In this document: in pieces, positions 1-12,759 of the stretch
How the letters are laid out: each line of letters begins with the position of its first letter
How positions within the stretch are numbered: the first letter of the stretch is position 1
Origin: Octopus bimaculoides
Taxonomy: Eukaryota
Direction of reading: 5' to 3'
Assembly: GCF_001194135.2 (NCBI RefSeq)
Contig: NC_069003.1
Span: 22,742,480 to 22,806,479 of the forward strand
DNA length: 64,000 nt
Made by a program: the position numbers and the translations under genes
The notes under the pieces: generated by a model
What the model was told of the DNA's origin: nothing
Seen by the model: the letters and a program-made list of their open reading frames with translations, nothing else
The model's database searches: none

Positions 1-1009
1 CACACAAACACATACATATGTAACAACTATATATAAAGGAAAGATAAAAGGAACTTCATTGAATTGTTCTTCTTGTAGTGGGAACCTATAAAAATTACTA
101 CTATATTCGCCAGTGAGTTCAGAATCTGAAATTCAAGTGACAGTTCACTACATCTCTTTCCTATTTTCATCTTTTGTTTGTTGATAGTTAAATTCTAATT
201 TAAGATTTTTGCTTGAATACATTTTGGGATCCCCCTGTATATTATATTATGTTCTGATACTTATTATACAAAACCAAATAATGAATTATAAGATAAAGAG
301 CTTAAATCAAAACAAATATAGTGAACATTGCCACTTGCTTTCACACCATAATGAACTGGTTATGATAGAGGGTTATGATAGTTTTATTGTGTTAAAAAAA
401 AATCAGTGAAGAACCTTGTAGTTTGTGTAAGTGATTAGGGACACAGGATTTATAGCATTAAAGAAAGAGATTAAGAATGATTGATGAGATAGATATGCAG
501 TGGCCTAAAAGGTTTTAGACTACTGTGGTTATTTTGAAATGGTTTATAGGTTATTTTAGTAATCTAATCTGTTAGCAAAAAATGTTTAGTAGATGCAACT
601 GGAATATCTGAAAGAAGTTTGAAACTAGTTTTATATGACGGAACAGATGGATAGGATCAACATTAAAAAGGAATTGCTTAGTCAAGAGGAAGAACAGTTT
701 CCATGAACTAACAGCCTAGCCTGAGTGCTCGTAATGAAGTGGACTATTTTAAAGACACCCAAGGATCAGGTGGTGGTGGTGGTGTTCCACCTGGAGATGG
801 ATTAATTCTACCATGCATTTTGGCTGTATTAGGATTTTAACTCAGAATGCACAGAGCCAGAAGGAATACTGCAAGGCAACTTGTATGACACCCTGACATT
901 TCCACAGTCCACCACCCTTGACTGGTACTTTATTTACTGACCACCAAAAGGATGAATGAAAGACTAAAATTGACTTCTACAGGATTTGAACTCAGAACAG
1001 CAAAGTAAA

Positions 1010-2470
1010 CAAAGGACCAGCAGAGATGGTATTAAGAGGGATTGATGAAGCTGGAGAGGAATGTTTACAACAACAATGTAATAAACCCTCATTTCGACAG
1101 ATTAATGCCTGTTTATATTCCCCATTCATCATCACTATAAAGCAGTACATGGAAGATATTTGGGAAGTAAAGAAAACTGAAACAATAAGTGCCAAAATGG
1201 GTTTTAAAAAGAGAGAGAAAGATTGCTAGTTTATAGAAGACTATCAGCTGTGTAACAATGCATTTTGCACACAAACAAGCAACTCACTGTGCATCTCACC
1301 AAGAAATGTGAAAAAGATAGAAATAACATTAGGAAATAGTAAAAAGAAAACTCTTGATCACAAACTCATCACCCTCAAACATGAGTAAAAGTTGACAGCG
1401 TTAAGCTTATGCTTCCTAAAACATGAACAAGGAGGCAGAAGCCTAACATTGATTCAGAGAGTTTTTGAATGTCACATCATGTCTCTTTGGCAACATCTTT
1501 TAGCCACTAAGTGTCAAAATGCATCTTTTGACCAAGTCTTCATATACTAGACAAATAACATCATGAGACTTGGAAAGCAGCTCCTCAAGAAATATTCCCT
1601 GTCTGATAACGTCAAACATTTGCTCAGAGATGTCACACAACTCGACTGCAATGTATCATCAGATGAAAGGATGAGTGCATATGAGCAGAAGATCTTACAA
1701 AGATATGTTAGCAGAATGATTCAGGATGATAGTAAATTTGATATTCAATATTGCCTATCTGGGATCAAAATCTGGATTATCAACTGTAACTTTGAAGGGC
1801 ATGTGTTTGCAATCCAGGAACAAGAAGTAGCTACCAAATTCCTGATGCACAAAAGGGATAGAGATACAGGAAAACACTGAAATGTGATAATTGATGCAGA
1901 CTTTGTGGGGTTAACACCAAAGATTCACCTTCGTCATAAACAGTTGTCTGAAAATGTCATTGCACTATTATCTACTAATAAGGCACGATGCTGAGACCAG
2001 GACACTGTATAATGAGATCTGTCAGAAGAATAATCCTAAGACCAAATATATAAGAGTTCACAGTGTGGTGGAAACCATAACCATTCATAATATGAAAGAG
2101 TGTTGGTGGAATATCTCTGAGAAAACTTCAATAAAATTCAAATATATTGGACCAGATATTATAATTTGGGACAGAGAAGAGAAACTGTGTACAGTGATGG
2201 AACTTAGTTTATCAGTTACTGAAGATTGGTGAAAAAGAAAACACCTATGATGAATTGTTGAAAAATTTACAGAATCTCCTCCTAAACTACAACTTTGGAT
2301 TTCTACCCATAATTATTGGGGTACTTGGATATGTACCCAACTATCTCGGCACTAATTTTGAGAAATTAGAGTTCTCAAAACCAGAAAGGAGAAAGCTAAT
2401 TAGAAGACTACAGATAAAATCCATCAATGGAGCTGTCTAAATATGGAAAACTTGTGAAAAGTTTAGCACG
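1010..2470 (+). pseudogene. R4/Dong-clade non-LTR retrotransposon, degraded 3' part (end of RT, CCHC knuckle, restriction-like endonuclease)
   Basis: Broken frames with EQGGRSL, EGHVFAIQEQEVATK, CRLC, RHD, PDIIIWDREEKLCTVMELS and PIIIGVLGYV, as in RLE-type R4/Dong ORFs. Confidence 0.85.
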
Positions 2471-2689
2471 TAAGTACTTGTCTAAATATACAATTATATG
2501 TATAGGTACACATACATAAAACAAAACATACAAATCTTCTTGTGTACCAATGCCAATACTTGTACATATGATGATGAAGGCTGTTCACTTGTGACCAAGG
2601 AAGACCATCACTGACTATTGTACATCCAGACAAAATTACACTTTATATTTGTGGATTTGCTGGTGACTAATGAACCCAGCTCTTAATAG

Positions 2690-3200
2690 ACATACATGTC
2701 CACAGATACTGCAGACAAGACATCCCCCATTCACTAAACTGGCAGTGCATTTTCTAGCAGCTCACAAAATGTGTGTTTCTTCAAAAATGCCCTCTCCTTT
2801 TTTTTACTTGTTTTCTCCATTGGTCATGATGACAAGCGTTGCTTTCCCAACTGAGCTTCCATATCTCACATACCTTCAATAAGGATTTTATGCAACCCTT
2901 AAATTGCAGTCATGGTTTCTACTGGGGATGCTTCCTACAAACAAGTTTGCCATTTTGCATTTGTTTAGGGATCCTCCGATCATTCATTCAAACAAGGAGT
3001 CCAGTCCAGCATGATCAGTGTTTGTGCTCCTTTGTCTCAATGCTCCCATCGAGGTCTTTGTGCCTGTAGTCTGTAAGGACCAGCCAACAGTCAGAACGTG
3101 TCTCAGACATTTCTGATGGAAGTGTTCAAGGACACATGTTGCCTGTAAAGGGTCCATGTTTCATGTAAGTAAAGGAGTGATGTCAGCACACACACTTGGC
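2690..3200 (-). mobile_element. RTE (BovB-like) LINE 3' fragment
   Basis: Minus strand reads ..WTGLLV*MNDRRIPKQMQNGKL.., resembling the RTE C-terminal RWxGHVxRMxDxRIPKQ motif. Confidence 0.65.
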
Positions 3201-3429
3201 ACACAGCAACTTTTGTGAAGCTATGTTGGGATCAGACACAAGACTCAAGAGTCTTGAAGGGGATCATATGCACATACATGCACAACTACTCTGTTGATGT
3301 AATTGAAATTCCAATGTAGGATCCTTGGATCTCAGTTAGAAACTGGCTCTTTTTCTATTGGAAAGAAATCTAGAAATTACAACTAAATAACATACAGACG
3401 TGCATGGTGAAAATTGTTTTGTAACATAG

Positions 3430-4810
3430 TAAGACCACCTCTTTGACCCATTTCACTCAAAGAAACATCTTAAGTTTGGTTTCTCCATCACTGATGACAT
3501 CTTATGTGGCTTCTAAGGCCTGCAAAGAACTTACATTTCACACCAGCAAGTCTCTCCCCCACCCCCAACAGCAGCAGCAGCCCAATCTTCTGAATGTTGG
3601 ACCTACAATGCTGAGTGAGTTCATTGGCTGACCCACACACTGCTACTCAAGGTGCATGAGAGATCATGCAAGATATCACATTGGTAGACAGGGGAGGGGG
3701 GAGATGCCTCCGTGACCATCTCGTGGTTGAGTAGGTCTGCTTTTGACAACCAGAAATGATTATGCTGGTCACATGAAAGAGAATCTTTTGTACCCTTCTC
3801 AGGAAGAAGTTTCATGTCCTACATATATTTATATCAATACAGTTCAGTTCATTATATGCAACCCCATTGTTCTCAAATTCTCTAACACCAGTTGCAATCA
3901 GATTCCTCCATGGCTCCCTATCCAATGCAAGGTTTTCCCAGGTGTTAGTATTGATATTGATCTAAGACACCAAAGTGATCCATGTATAAGTTTCAGTAAA
4001 CAGCTCTATGAGGCTGCTTCCTCAACACTGGGCTTTATTGAAAGAACACAAGGACTAGTTTAAATAAAATGGACTTGTGACAAGGCTGTTGAAAGAAAAG
4101 CATGTTGCACTTAACAAGTTGCTCTCTTGTTCTGTGCCAGGGTATGGACATGATAAGCTAGTAAGAGATTTTAAAGAGTGCAAGGCTAAGGTTCAGGAAG
4201 AGATGTTGACAACAAATGACATGTGGTGGTGAGAAAAGGCCTGTGAAATTCTGATGTCTGCTGATAAATGAGATTCAAAATCTGTGTACCACCAGATTCT
4301 CTATACCATCATCCTCTGTTTGGAAGCAAAGACTGGTAATACACTGTGATGCAAGCAAGATGAAATCAAGGCCATCTGGTGGCAGCAGTTAAGCAGTGGC
4401 TTGAATCATGAGGCTGTAGTAAGTCCTGCTGAAATCAAAGGGCTTGCATAGGCATCTGTGGTCCACCAGCTTGATGATCCACCTACTGATGATGAAAAAC
4501 ACCCAAAGACATGTGATAACTGCCGTGGTGAACTACTAGAGCCCATCTCATTTGAACCTGGTGTTAAATAGAATGATATTGTGGATCCTGCATTGTTTGC
4601 CATCTTCTTTACTGTTGTTATCTTGCAAGCCTTTGCACAAAGCAATACTGATATCTATATCTGTTACTGTACAACAGAAAAGCTATCCAGCATTTGTTGT
4701 TTTACTGAAGTAGCAAAAACTTTCACGGCTCTCATTTGTGATCTCCTTTACACTGATCATTGTGATCTCATTACCCACACTGAGGAGGACCTGCAACTCC
4801 AGATGGATGG
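3430..4810 (+). mobile_element. RTE (BovB-like) LINE remnant, internally deleted
   Basis: GVK*NDIVDPALFAIFF (GVKQGCVLAPTLFSIFF-like) and DLLYTDHCDLITHTEEDLQ (LLFADDCAL-like RT motif). Confidence 0.7.
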
Positions 4811-7059
4811 ACATACATATGTGATGGGCTTTTACAGTTTCCATTTACCAAATTGACCCACAAAGCATTGATCAGCCTGCAGTTATATTAGAAGGTACTT
4901 GTCCAAGATGCTGTGCAGTGACAGAGAATTCAAGACCATGTGGTGACAATTCAGATTCAGTATCCACACATCTGTGCCTCCAGTAATGAATATTACAGGA
5001 TTCAGGTATTGTTTGTCATAAGTGTATTACAGTATTTAATTATTGTTTATTATCAGTGAGCAGTGTCATGTGATATGGTGAACCAACTGATGTGAATTTT
5101 GTGGTAGCTATGTATTGTTTTAATAAAAAAATGGTTGTCAAATTAGAGAATTAAGCCAAGAAAGGGTTGGCTGTGGAGTTTTAAAAATTTGCTTTTTAAC
5201 TTGGTGTTTTTGAGTTTGATTCCACTTTTTGGCACTTTAAGCAGGCTTCTGCCATAACCTTTAATTGATCAATACCTCATGAGTGGCAATCCTATGGGGT
5301 TCTGTGTAGATAGATATCTTTCAAGGTAGTGAATGATATAAACATTGAAGAGAAAACTGAAAAATATTGATGTTTTCAAACAAAGTTCTTAGTGATATTT
5401 GTTCTGAAGGGAGTTATGGACATTCCCACCTCATCGCTTTCAGTGTCACAAATGTAGTGAATCAGTGGTGACCAATGATGCTATTGTTTACTATTTGTAA
5501 ATTGAAATGAAATAATTAAATTGATATCCACTTAGCTGTGTAGCTTTCGAGGAAAGCAAACAGTTGACATGTGACACCAACTGCTGGTTAGTTGGAGATT
5601 AACACAGGCATAGCCATGTGGTTCTGGGTCTGATCTCACTGCGTGGGATTGCCTTGTGAGTGAAAGTTGGTACATTGAAAATATGTGGAGGCTCATTAAA
5701 TGTATGCATGTGTGTGAACAAAATCAGGTGCTTGAGAGAGAAAAAGTGAAATTTGATGTGCAGAAAATGTGTTAAAAATTATCAGATGTTTGTGTATGTC
5801 ATTATATATAATGTATATGTGTGTATACTGTTATAGGATGAACAAAATCAGGTCCATATGGGTGGACAGTGTGTTTGTGTATATCAGCTTAGGATGAACA
5901 AAACAAACTTGTGATAATTACTTCCATCTGAGTTATGTTCCTTTATATTAAGATCAGCCTGATCAATAAAATAAGTAGGACAAAGTACTTGAGTCAATAT
6001 AAATTTACTGAAACAAGTAAAGAATATCAACGATTTCAGAGATGGTTATTTTATTGTATTCACTCAGTCTTGCTTGTTATATCTGAAACGGAGGAAAAAA
6101 AAATGCTCTGACAACTTATAATGACTTTTAAGGTGATGACAGTAGCTTGATGACAGTTAATTAATATTGCAATCACAAAAAAACCTTAGCAGATGTTTAT
6201 TAAAATGAATATTTTGATTCATTTCTTCCTAATAAGAAAATAGATCAGTATATATAAACATTTTCCTGTATTGAAATTACTTACTCTTTACAAGCAACCA
6301 GGGCAGTGGAATGAGAAACCAATTCTTTTCTTAAATAACACATTTTGGTTTGAATCAATTTTGGTTTATTTCTATAGTTGTTGACAGGTAATAGAAGTTT
6401 GATCTGTTGAAAGTTGTTTCAGAGACCATACACATATGTGTGTATGTATATGTGTGTGTTGCATGTGCACGCGCGCGCACACACACACACTCATGCATGT
6501 TCAAATATTTAATGTCACATTGGTTGGTTATTCCTTGTGGTTTGTCGTGAAGAGGGAAGTTGTATTTCAGCTCTGCATTAAAAAGGTCAGGCAATAATCT
6601 GGATGGTGGCTTTGTTTATAAACTTGATTGCCTGTTGTATTGATAAAAAAAATTAAGATCCTGTTGAGCAGTATATTCACCAGAGACTGATGGGTTTCTT
6701 AGTCAATTAATCTATATGTAAGTTGCCTCCTCATATAGATCAATCAACTGTAATTTTATTAGGAAATTATTATTAGAACTGTAATTATAATCTGAAGCCA
6801 TCATTGTAATACAGGAGCATTTCATACTGTAGTTAATATGAAATAATTTGCTTTGATGTGAAATATTAGAGATGTTTTGCTTTCCATAGAAGCTACAGGA
6901 GCTACTTAAAGATGTTACAAATTTGTGTGATGGTGATAAATCTATCTCAATTTTGAAGATTCTTCTGTATCTTCAGTAAGTGTGTCAGGCTCACAAGGAT
7001 TTCACCCCTTAGTTTAAACATTTTGTCTTAGCAGAGCAGTGAAGCGTGAATTTTCTTTT

Positions 7060-7600
7060 GTATAGTGAAGGGTTCCATCTGCAGTCTCCTGTCAGCCACA
7101 GCCATCTCAAACAGGTCTCAGCTATGGCATGGCTATCTTCTTGGCAGCTTTCTTTGGTTGTTTAGGTTTCAAAACAATCTTCTGCAGGGAGCAGCACTCT
7201 GGTCTTGCTGGGAAATGCAGCATCCAGCTTCAGTAGGGAACAAGGCTGCGTGTCATCGTTTGACAAGTGCCACGTTAAGCAAGTCCTGATGTTGGGCTTT
7301 CTTCAGTTGGAGAGAAATGTCAAATCTATCTTCCTAGAGCCCTGTGAGTTCAGCCACAATGCTTATTTTTGTGTTTCGGAATAGCTGGAATATGTCTGGC
7401 CACAGTTGCGTTACTGCTGCCTCTTCTGGAAAGATGCAAAAGGTGGATATATAATCCAGGCATTTATCTCTGGAAGCACTTCTACGGATGGTGGCTATCT
7501 GAAAAATCAATCAGCATATTGTTTTTTGTGGCACTCTGATGAGTTAATTCCACCATGTGCTGTGAAGGAAAACTTGCACAGTGCATGGGAATAAATCAAT
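7060..7600 (-). mobile_element. HERO-like RLE non-LTR retrotransposon 3' fragment
   Basis: Minus frame reads QLWPDIFQLFRNTKISIVAELTGL*EDRFDISLQLKKAQHQDLL..HAALFPTEAGC, matching the PD..ELTVPWE.R..K..KY..L..W..FPIEVGC RLE signature. Confidence 0.7.
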
Positions 7601-8130
7601 AATTGCTGCCATGGTAACAACATGACACCAGATTAGTTACAATGGAACACAAAGAAATTGTAAACAATGCAATAAACATAGTTTGTTTACTCCATTCTTC
7701 CATGTTATTTTAATATATATTTGTGTTTGTTTTTTTTTTTTATTAGTGGCTAAATCTAAACAGGAGAGGTGGTATCCGTGAATCCTTTTCAGGTTTTAAA
7801 TAAATAAAGTGAAAGTATGCAATGCTCCCCCACCACACACAACAAGGTCTTTCCCTACATCTATTGTCCTGTTTCTGTTCTAGATTACAAGATACCCTCA
7901 CTGCAGCAATGTTAGTAGTATTGTTTGTTTTTATTTTATTTTGTAATTTTTTTTTTTCCTTATTGCATTTTTTACACTGTATTTGAATAATCTTTCCCAT
8001 TAATTTTCTGTCTTCTGTTGTTTTTATGTGTTTTTTTTTTGGTTTTATGTTTTCTGTCATTGTTAAAATTCTGCTTATCTTATTTTTATTTTTATCATTC
8101 TTTTGTTTTCTTGGTATGTTCTATTACTAG

Positions 8131-8157
8131 TACCTCAGTGTCAAATATTGACAGACG
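8131..8157 (+). CDS. Candidate 27-nt symmetric microexon (phase 2-2 reading TSVSNIDR(R))
   Basis: About 200 nt of very T-rich sequence ending ctattactag, then TACCTCAGTGTCAAATATTGACAGACG|gtaagt. Phase 2 would fit the 32579 exon. No homology evidence. Confidence 0.4.
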
Positions 8158-10416
8158 GTAAGTTGTAAGACTTGCATCTTTACCCACCCTTTATCAATAG
8201 AAGCCGCAGTATTGTTTACTCTTATTTGCCTGCCTTCTGCTGGTAATTAGCTTCAGATTAATCAGAGTCTCTGATAACTTAATTTTTTTTTTCAATACTT
8301 CCCTGTAGCCCTAACCCTAACTGCCACCTTTCTTTCCTTAAAGAATTTATGCATTTTTTCTTCTTGTTTCTTATAGTTGTTATTCTTTTGCTTTTTGCAT
8401 TAAAGATATTTTTTTAGAAACAACAACAACATTAATAATAATATTAATAATAATAATAATATAGATAATAATAGTGCTAATTGTGTATTAGCAAATCTAG
8501 TGACTAAAACAAATGAATTAAATTTCTAACTTAACCAGGTTAATTTTTTCAAGTTGTAAAGTGACTTGATCTGAGATTGTGTATCAAACTGAAGCAATTT
8601 CATCATGGAAGCATCATTTTAGTCATTTTGGAACACACACAAGAAAGAAGAGGGGTGGGGGTGGGAGAGAAAAAAATAATGAAAAAACAAGCAAAAAAAA
8701 AGAAAGAACCCAAAAAACCTGTTACTTCACTGTTATAACTAGGTTGCAGAGGTACAATGAAACTTTGATCCTTCTTAGGAAAATTGAATCCAACAGTTTC
8801 TGTGTGTTCTTAAATGGTTGAAATCACTCTTCCTCAATGTAATTGTTTCTAGTTGATTTTACTTGTATGTATATATCATGTTTTAGAGAAATGACCAAAT
8901 ATGATAGTTTGTGTATGGATTATTTATATTTGTTATTTGCTTGGAAGAATTATTAGAGTAACAGGAAAAATGCTTTGTGGTATTTGTCCCAGCTGTCAAC
9001 TTCACTTTTCATCCTTCCAGGGTTGATAAACTAAAGCACCAATTGACTTATCCAGACCCATAAATTTTTGGTTTTGTGTTTATGTAAGAAATCATTCTAC
9101 TGGAATCTATATGATCAACTATTTCTTTCCCTTCCTTCAAATTTCTGGCTTTGGTGCAACTTCAGAAATTACTACTGGCACAGTCACATTACCAAAGATT
9201 CAGTTGTGCCATATCTCTAGCATTGGCATTCGTTAATTCTTTCCAAGCCTCATTGCAATTATGACTTTTTTTTTTTCATGAAAGAAGTAAAAATCACATT
9301 TTGAATGGCACCTCTAAATTGTACCTTGACCTGCTTGAAATAGCGACCAAATCTCTCAAAACAAATGCCTTCATTATCAAAAGCAGAAAGACATATATGA
9401 TCCTAAGTACCACTAAAAAAAGATGGTCATAGCTGATATGTCCTTAATTATAGGATTTGTTTAATCAAGTCTGATATGGAGCCAAGCAACAACAGGAGCA
9501 ATGATAATTTCTCAACTGTCTCTGTAAATAAGCTTAATGAAATTAGAAGCTGCTATTTCATTTATACCTCAGCAGTTATGTAACAATTTTATTGGATGAT
9601 AATTTCATGGAAATCAAGTACCCAGTTAACTAGCATGAATATTGTCCTCCTTTGTTGAAATTTTTGTCACTCTTGTAAATTTTGTTGAACCTGACTTTAC
9701 TCTCTGTTGATTGCCTTCTCCATTACATTTCGTTAGTTAACAGACACACTTAGGTGCCATGATCAATATCATTTAGAACAGTGAAAGAAGCCTTAACTGG
9801 TTCTTAGTTGACAGATTTTTCTCCTGTTGCTTAAACAAATAACTGTCAAGAAAATTACACAGTAATGTCTATTTGTATGAGGGTTATCAAAATGTTCCCT
9901 TCACCTTCCTACACATCCTATCCAACCTCACTCAGTACAAGGTTATAAAGTGGGCTAACTTACATTAAGTTAGCTAGCACACACACATTGAAGTGCCAAG
10001 ATCAATATCATCTTGAACAATCAAAGAAGCCTTAACTGGTTCTTGGCTGTCAGTGAATTTCTTCTGTTACTTAAACTCCTTTGCGACCATATTTCTAGTG
10101 AAATACATTGTCTGTGTTTCAGTTAGATTTGAAAACAATGAAGAGCTTGAAGAAATTTAGTGAAATAATTTTTTTGGTTTGCTTTTCTTTCTTTTTCCAT
10201 TCTTAAACTTTTTTAAAGGGGTTTAAATTATGATAGAAGGTTTTCATATAAATATTTTCCTCTCCTGTAAACTTATATTGACACATTAATTGTAAATACA
10301 CAACATATCCTGTGACTGATAGAACATAGGTAGCATTATTCCAATGGTAGGTGGAACTCACTACTCCTAATACAGATACTGCGGCCATTGGAGATTCTTT
10401 CTTTATCCATACTTAA

Positions 10417-10630
10417 CCCTTTAGCATTCAGATAACTCCACCAAATGTAATGCTTATATATTCATTGATTTGAATTAATCATGCACTATCCTGTAGCTTT
10501 GAGATTTCAATATGTTCGCTTATTTTTACAATGACACTGTTAGATAGGTGAGTGGCCAGATCTGGCCAGTTGGAACATAAAACAGAAGAAAATTTTCAGG
10601 CTGGATCTGGTCAGTTTAATCGCTAAAGGG
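10417..10630 (-). mobile_element. piggyBac-like MITE (~215 bp), family A
   Basis: TTAA on both sides (10413-16, 10631-34), ends CCCTTTAGC..GCTAAAGGG. Same sequence in opposite orientation at 17435 and 56390. Confidence 0.8.
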
Positions 10631-11110
10631 TTAAACCTCTGGCAATACTTATAAGATATATTTGGGATTCTTAGCCATGGCCTCATTACTTAAATAATCC
10701 TAGATGACACCAATATCAGTTGATTAAATCTATTCTAGTACTTAGATGATACTTAGAAATAGTCAGTTTTGTCACATAGTTAGTTGATAGATAGAAAATG
10801 GTTAAACAACTGGCTGTCATAATGGTTACATTGGAATAACTGTCTCATATAGCTGCTGTGAAGACTGCATTGAAATATTTAGTTATCAAAATATTTCATT
10901 TACCATCTTACATGTTCTGTTCAATCCCAATTTATCCAAAGTGAAATAATGAGCTAAATTATGGTTGTGTTGTTGAGAAATTCCTTTTGAAATCCTACAG
11001 TTCCAAACTTGGTCCCACTACATGGGTCTTGAACAAATGGCTTCTGCTATAGCCTTAGATTGACCAATGCTTGTGAGTGAGAGTTAGTGCAGGGAAACTT
11101 TGCATAAGTT

Positions 11111-11153
<43 letters not shown>

Positions 11154-11315
11154 ATATCAATGTGATATATGTGATATAAACACACATTTCAAATGGGTCA
11201 TCAAGTACCAGAAAAAGTACTGAGATTGATATAGTTAACTAAGATTAAAATGCTTGAAGGTAACTCTTCAATGACTACAATCAATGAAAGAATAAAAATT
11301 ATCAATGATATTTAA

Positions 11316-11509
11316 CCCTTTTGACACCATATTTCTGTTGAAATAAAGTACTTTTGATTCAATTAATTTTGAAAATAATGAAGAATATAGGAAAAATAAT
11401 CTAATCAAATTAATATGAAATTTTGATGGAAGGTTTTAATTTAGATCATTGAAAAACAGGAAATTTGTATCACAAAGCTATGGGCTTTCTCAGACAGGTG
11501 TCAAAAGGG
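11316..11509. mobile_element. piggyBac-like MITE, family B (194 bp)
   Basis: Perfect 13-bp TIR CCCTTTTGACACC / GGTGTCAAAAGGG flanked by TTAA on both sides. Confidence 0.8.
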
Positions 11510-12759
11510 TTAAACTAAAACAAATACTTCCATTTTTAAAATTATATTGTATAATTTCACCGTTACTTGGTTTATCTCTATTCATGGTATCCTTAAAAAT
11601 AGGAACATCCAATCTCACTTCAGTTTGCATTGAAATTACTGTAGTAAGTTGCATGAAATTGCTTTTCTGTTTTAAGACCTCTGTCTAAAACTTCAGATTT
11701 TTCCTCTTTTTTGGAAAAATTTAGTCCACTTTGTGAACTGTCTGTATTTACTATTTGCAGATGATGCAGGCTATCAGTAATTTTACTGTAACAAAATAGA
11801 AGAACCTGAAGAAATCTTCAGACTCTTCTATTTTGTTCATGTAAAATTGGTTTCTATTTTTTCATTTGTCAACAGATTCTGACACAAAATTAATTTTCTT
11901 GTTTTTTTACTCCGATTTTTAAAGTTGTTAAATTATTTTTAAAAAATTGAAATTTGATCTTGAATTGAAATTCAAATTTGAATTGATACAAAGATTTATT
12001 GAATTTCAATTGGACATCAGCTTTTAGTTTCATATTCCAACCATCTACCTCACCCCCACTTTAGTTCATGCAACCATTTTAATTTTATCAATTTCAAATC
12101 CTGAACTGAAAAAGCACAATGTTGTGAGGCCATTGGAATATTGACTTAAATTCCTTATCTCTATATCAAGGTAGGGCTAATGAAGTAAAAATATAAATCA
12201 CTTTAGTTACTAACCACAGATATTAAATACTGTAAGGATCATTATAAAATTAAATTAAATTAAAATAAACATTCTATGCGATAACAATTATAGTTTCAAA
12301 ATTTGGCACAAAGCCAGCAGTTTTGGGGGGAGGGGCTACCTCAAAGTTGACCCCAGTGCTTAACTGGTACTTATCGACCCCAAAAGGATGAATGACAAAG
12401 TTGCCCTAGGCAGAATTTGAACTCAGAATGTAAAGACAGATGAAATGTTGCTAAGCATTTTACCCAGTGTTCTAATGATTCTGCCAGTTTGCCACCTGTC
12501 TATGAGATTAAAATAACATTAACTAATTATTCATATTATGTATATAATTTCCTGCAAAGAATGGGAAACAACTCCAAATGGTTTTTATTCTGGTATTATT
12601 CTGGCCTCATCAAGGAAGCATAGCTTTCATGATACTGACCATAATAGTGATGACTGAAACACTAAACAAATGTACATGATTGTACATTGTTGGCATAAAG
12701 AACAGAATTGTGGAAAAATCAAATAATTGTATAATTTATGCAAGTAGCAGCTCCAAATT

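Noticed and set aside
7532-7583. CACT-CTGATGA...GAAA...AGTG hammerhead-like words
   Set aside because: No stem II or III pairing; lies on the antisense of a LINE coding remnant, so likely chance.
7745-7803. Strong U-tract acceptor followed by a frame reading ..GGIRESFSGFK*
   Set aside because: Only weak donors, and the frame resembling TMCC (..ISGFS) ends in a stop; unsupported.
8305-8320. (CCCTAA)2 telomere-like motif
   Set aside because: Only two units; expected by chance.
8745-8821. LQRYNETLILLRKIESN, loosely like the TMCC LREVEQNG segment
   Set aside because: Poor polypyrimidine tract, no good donor, runs into a stop; similarity is at chance level.
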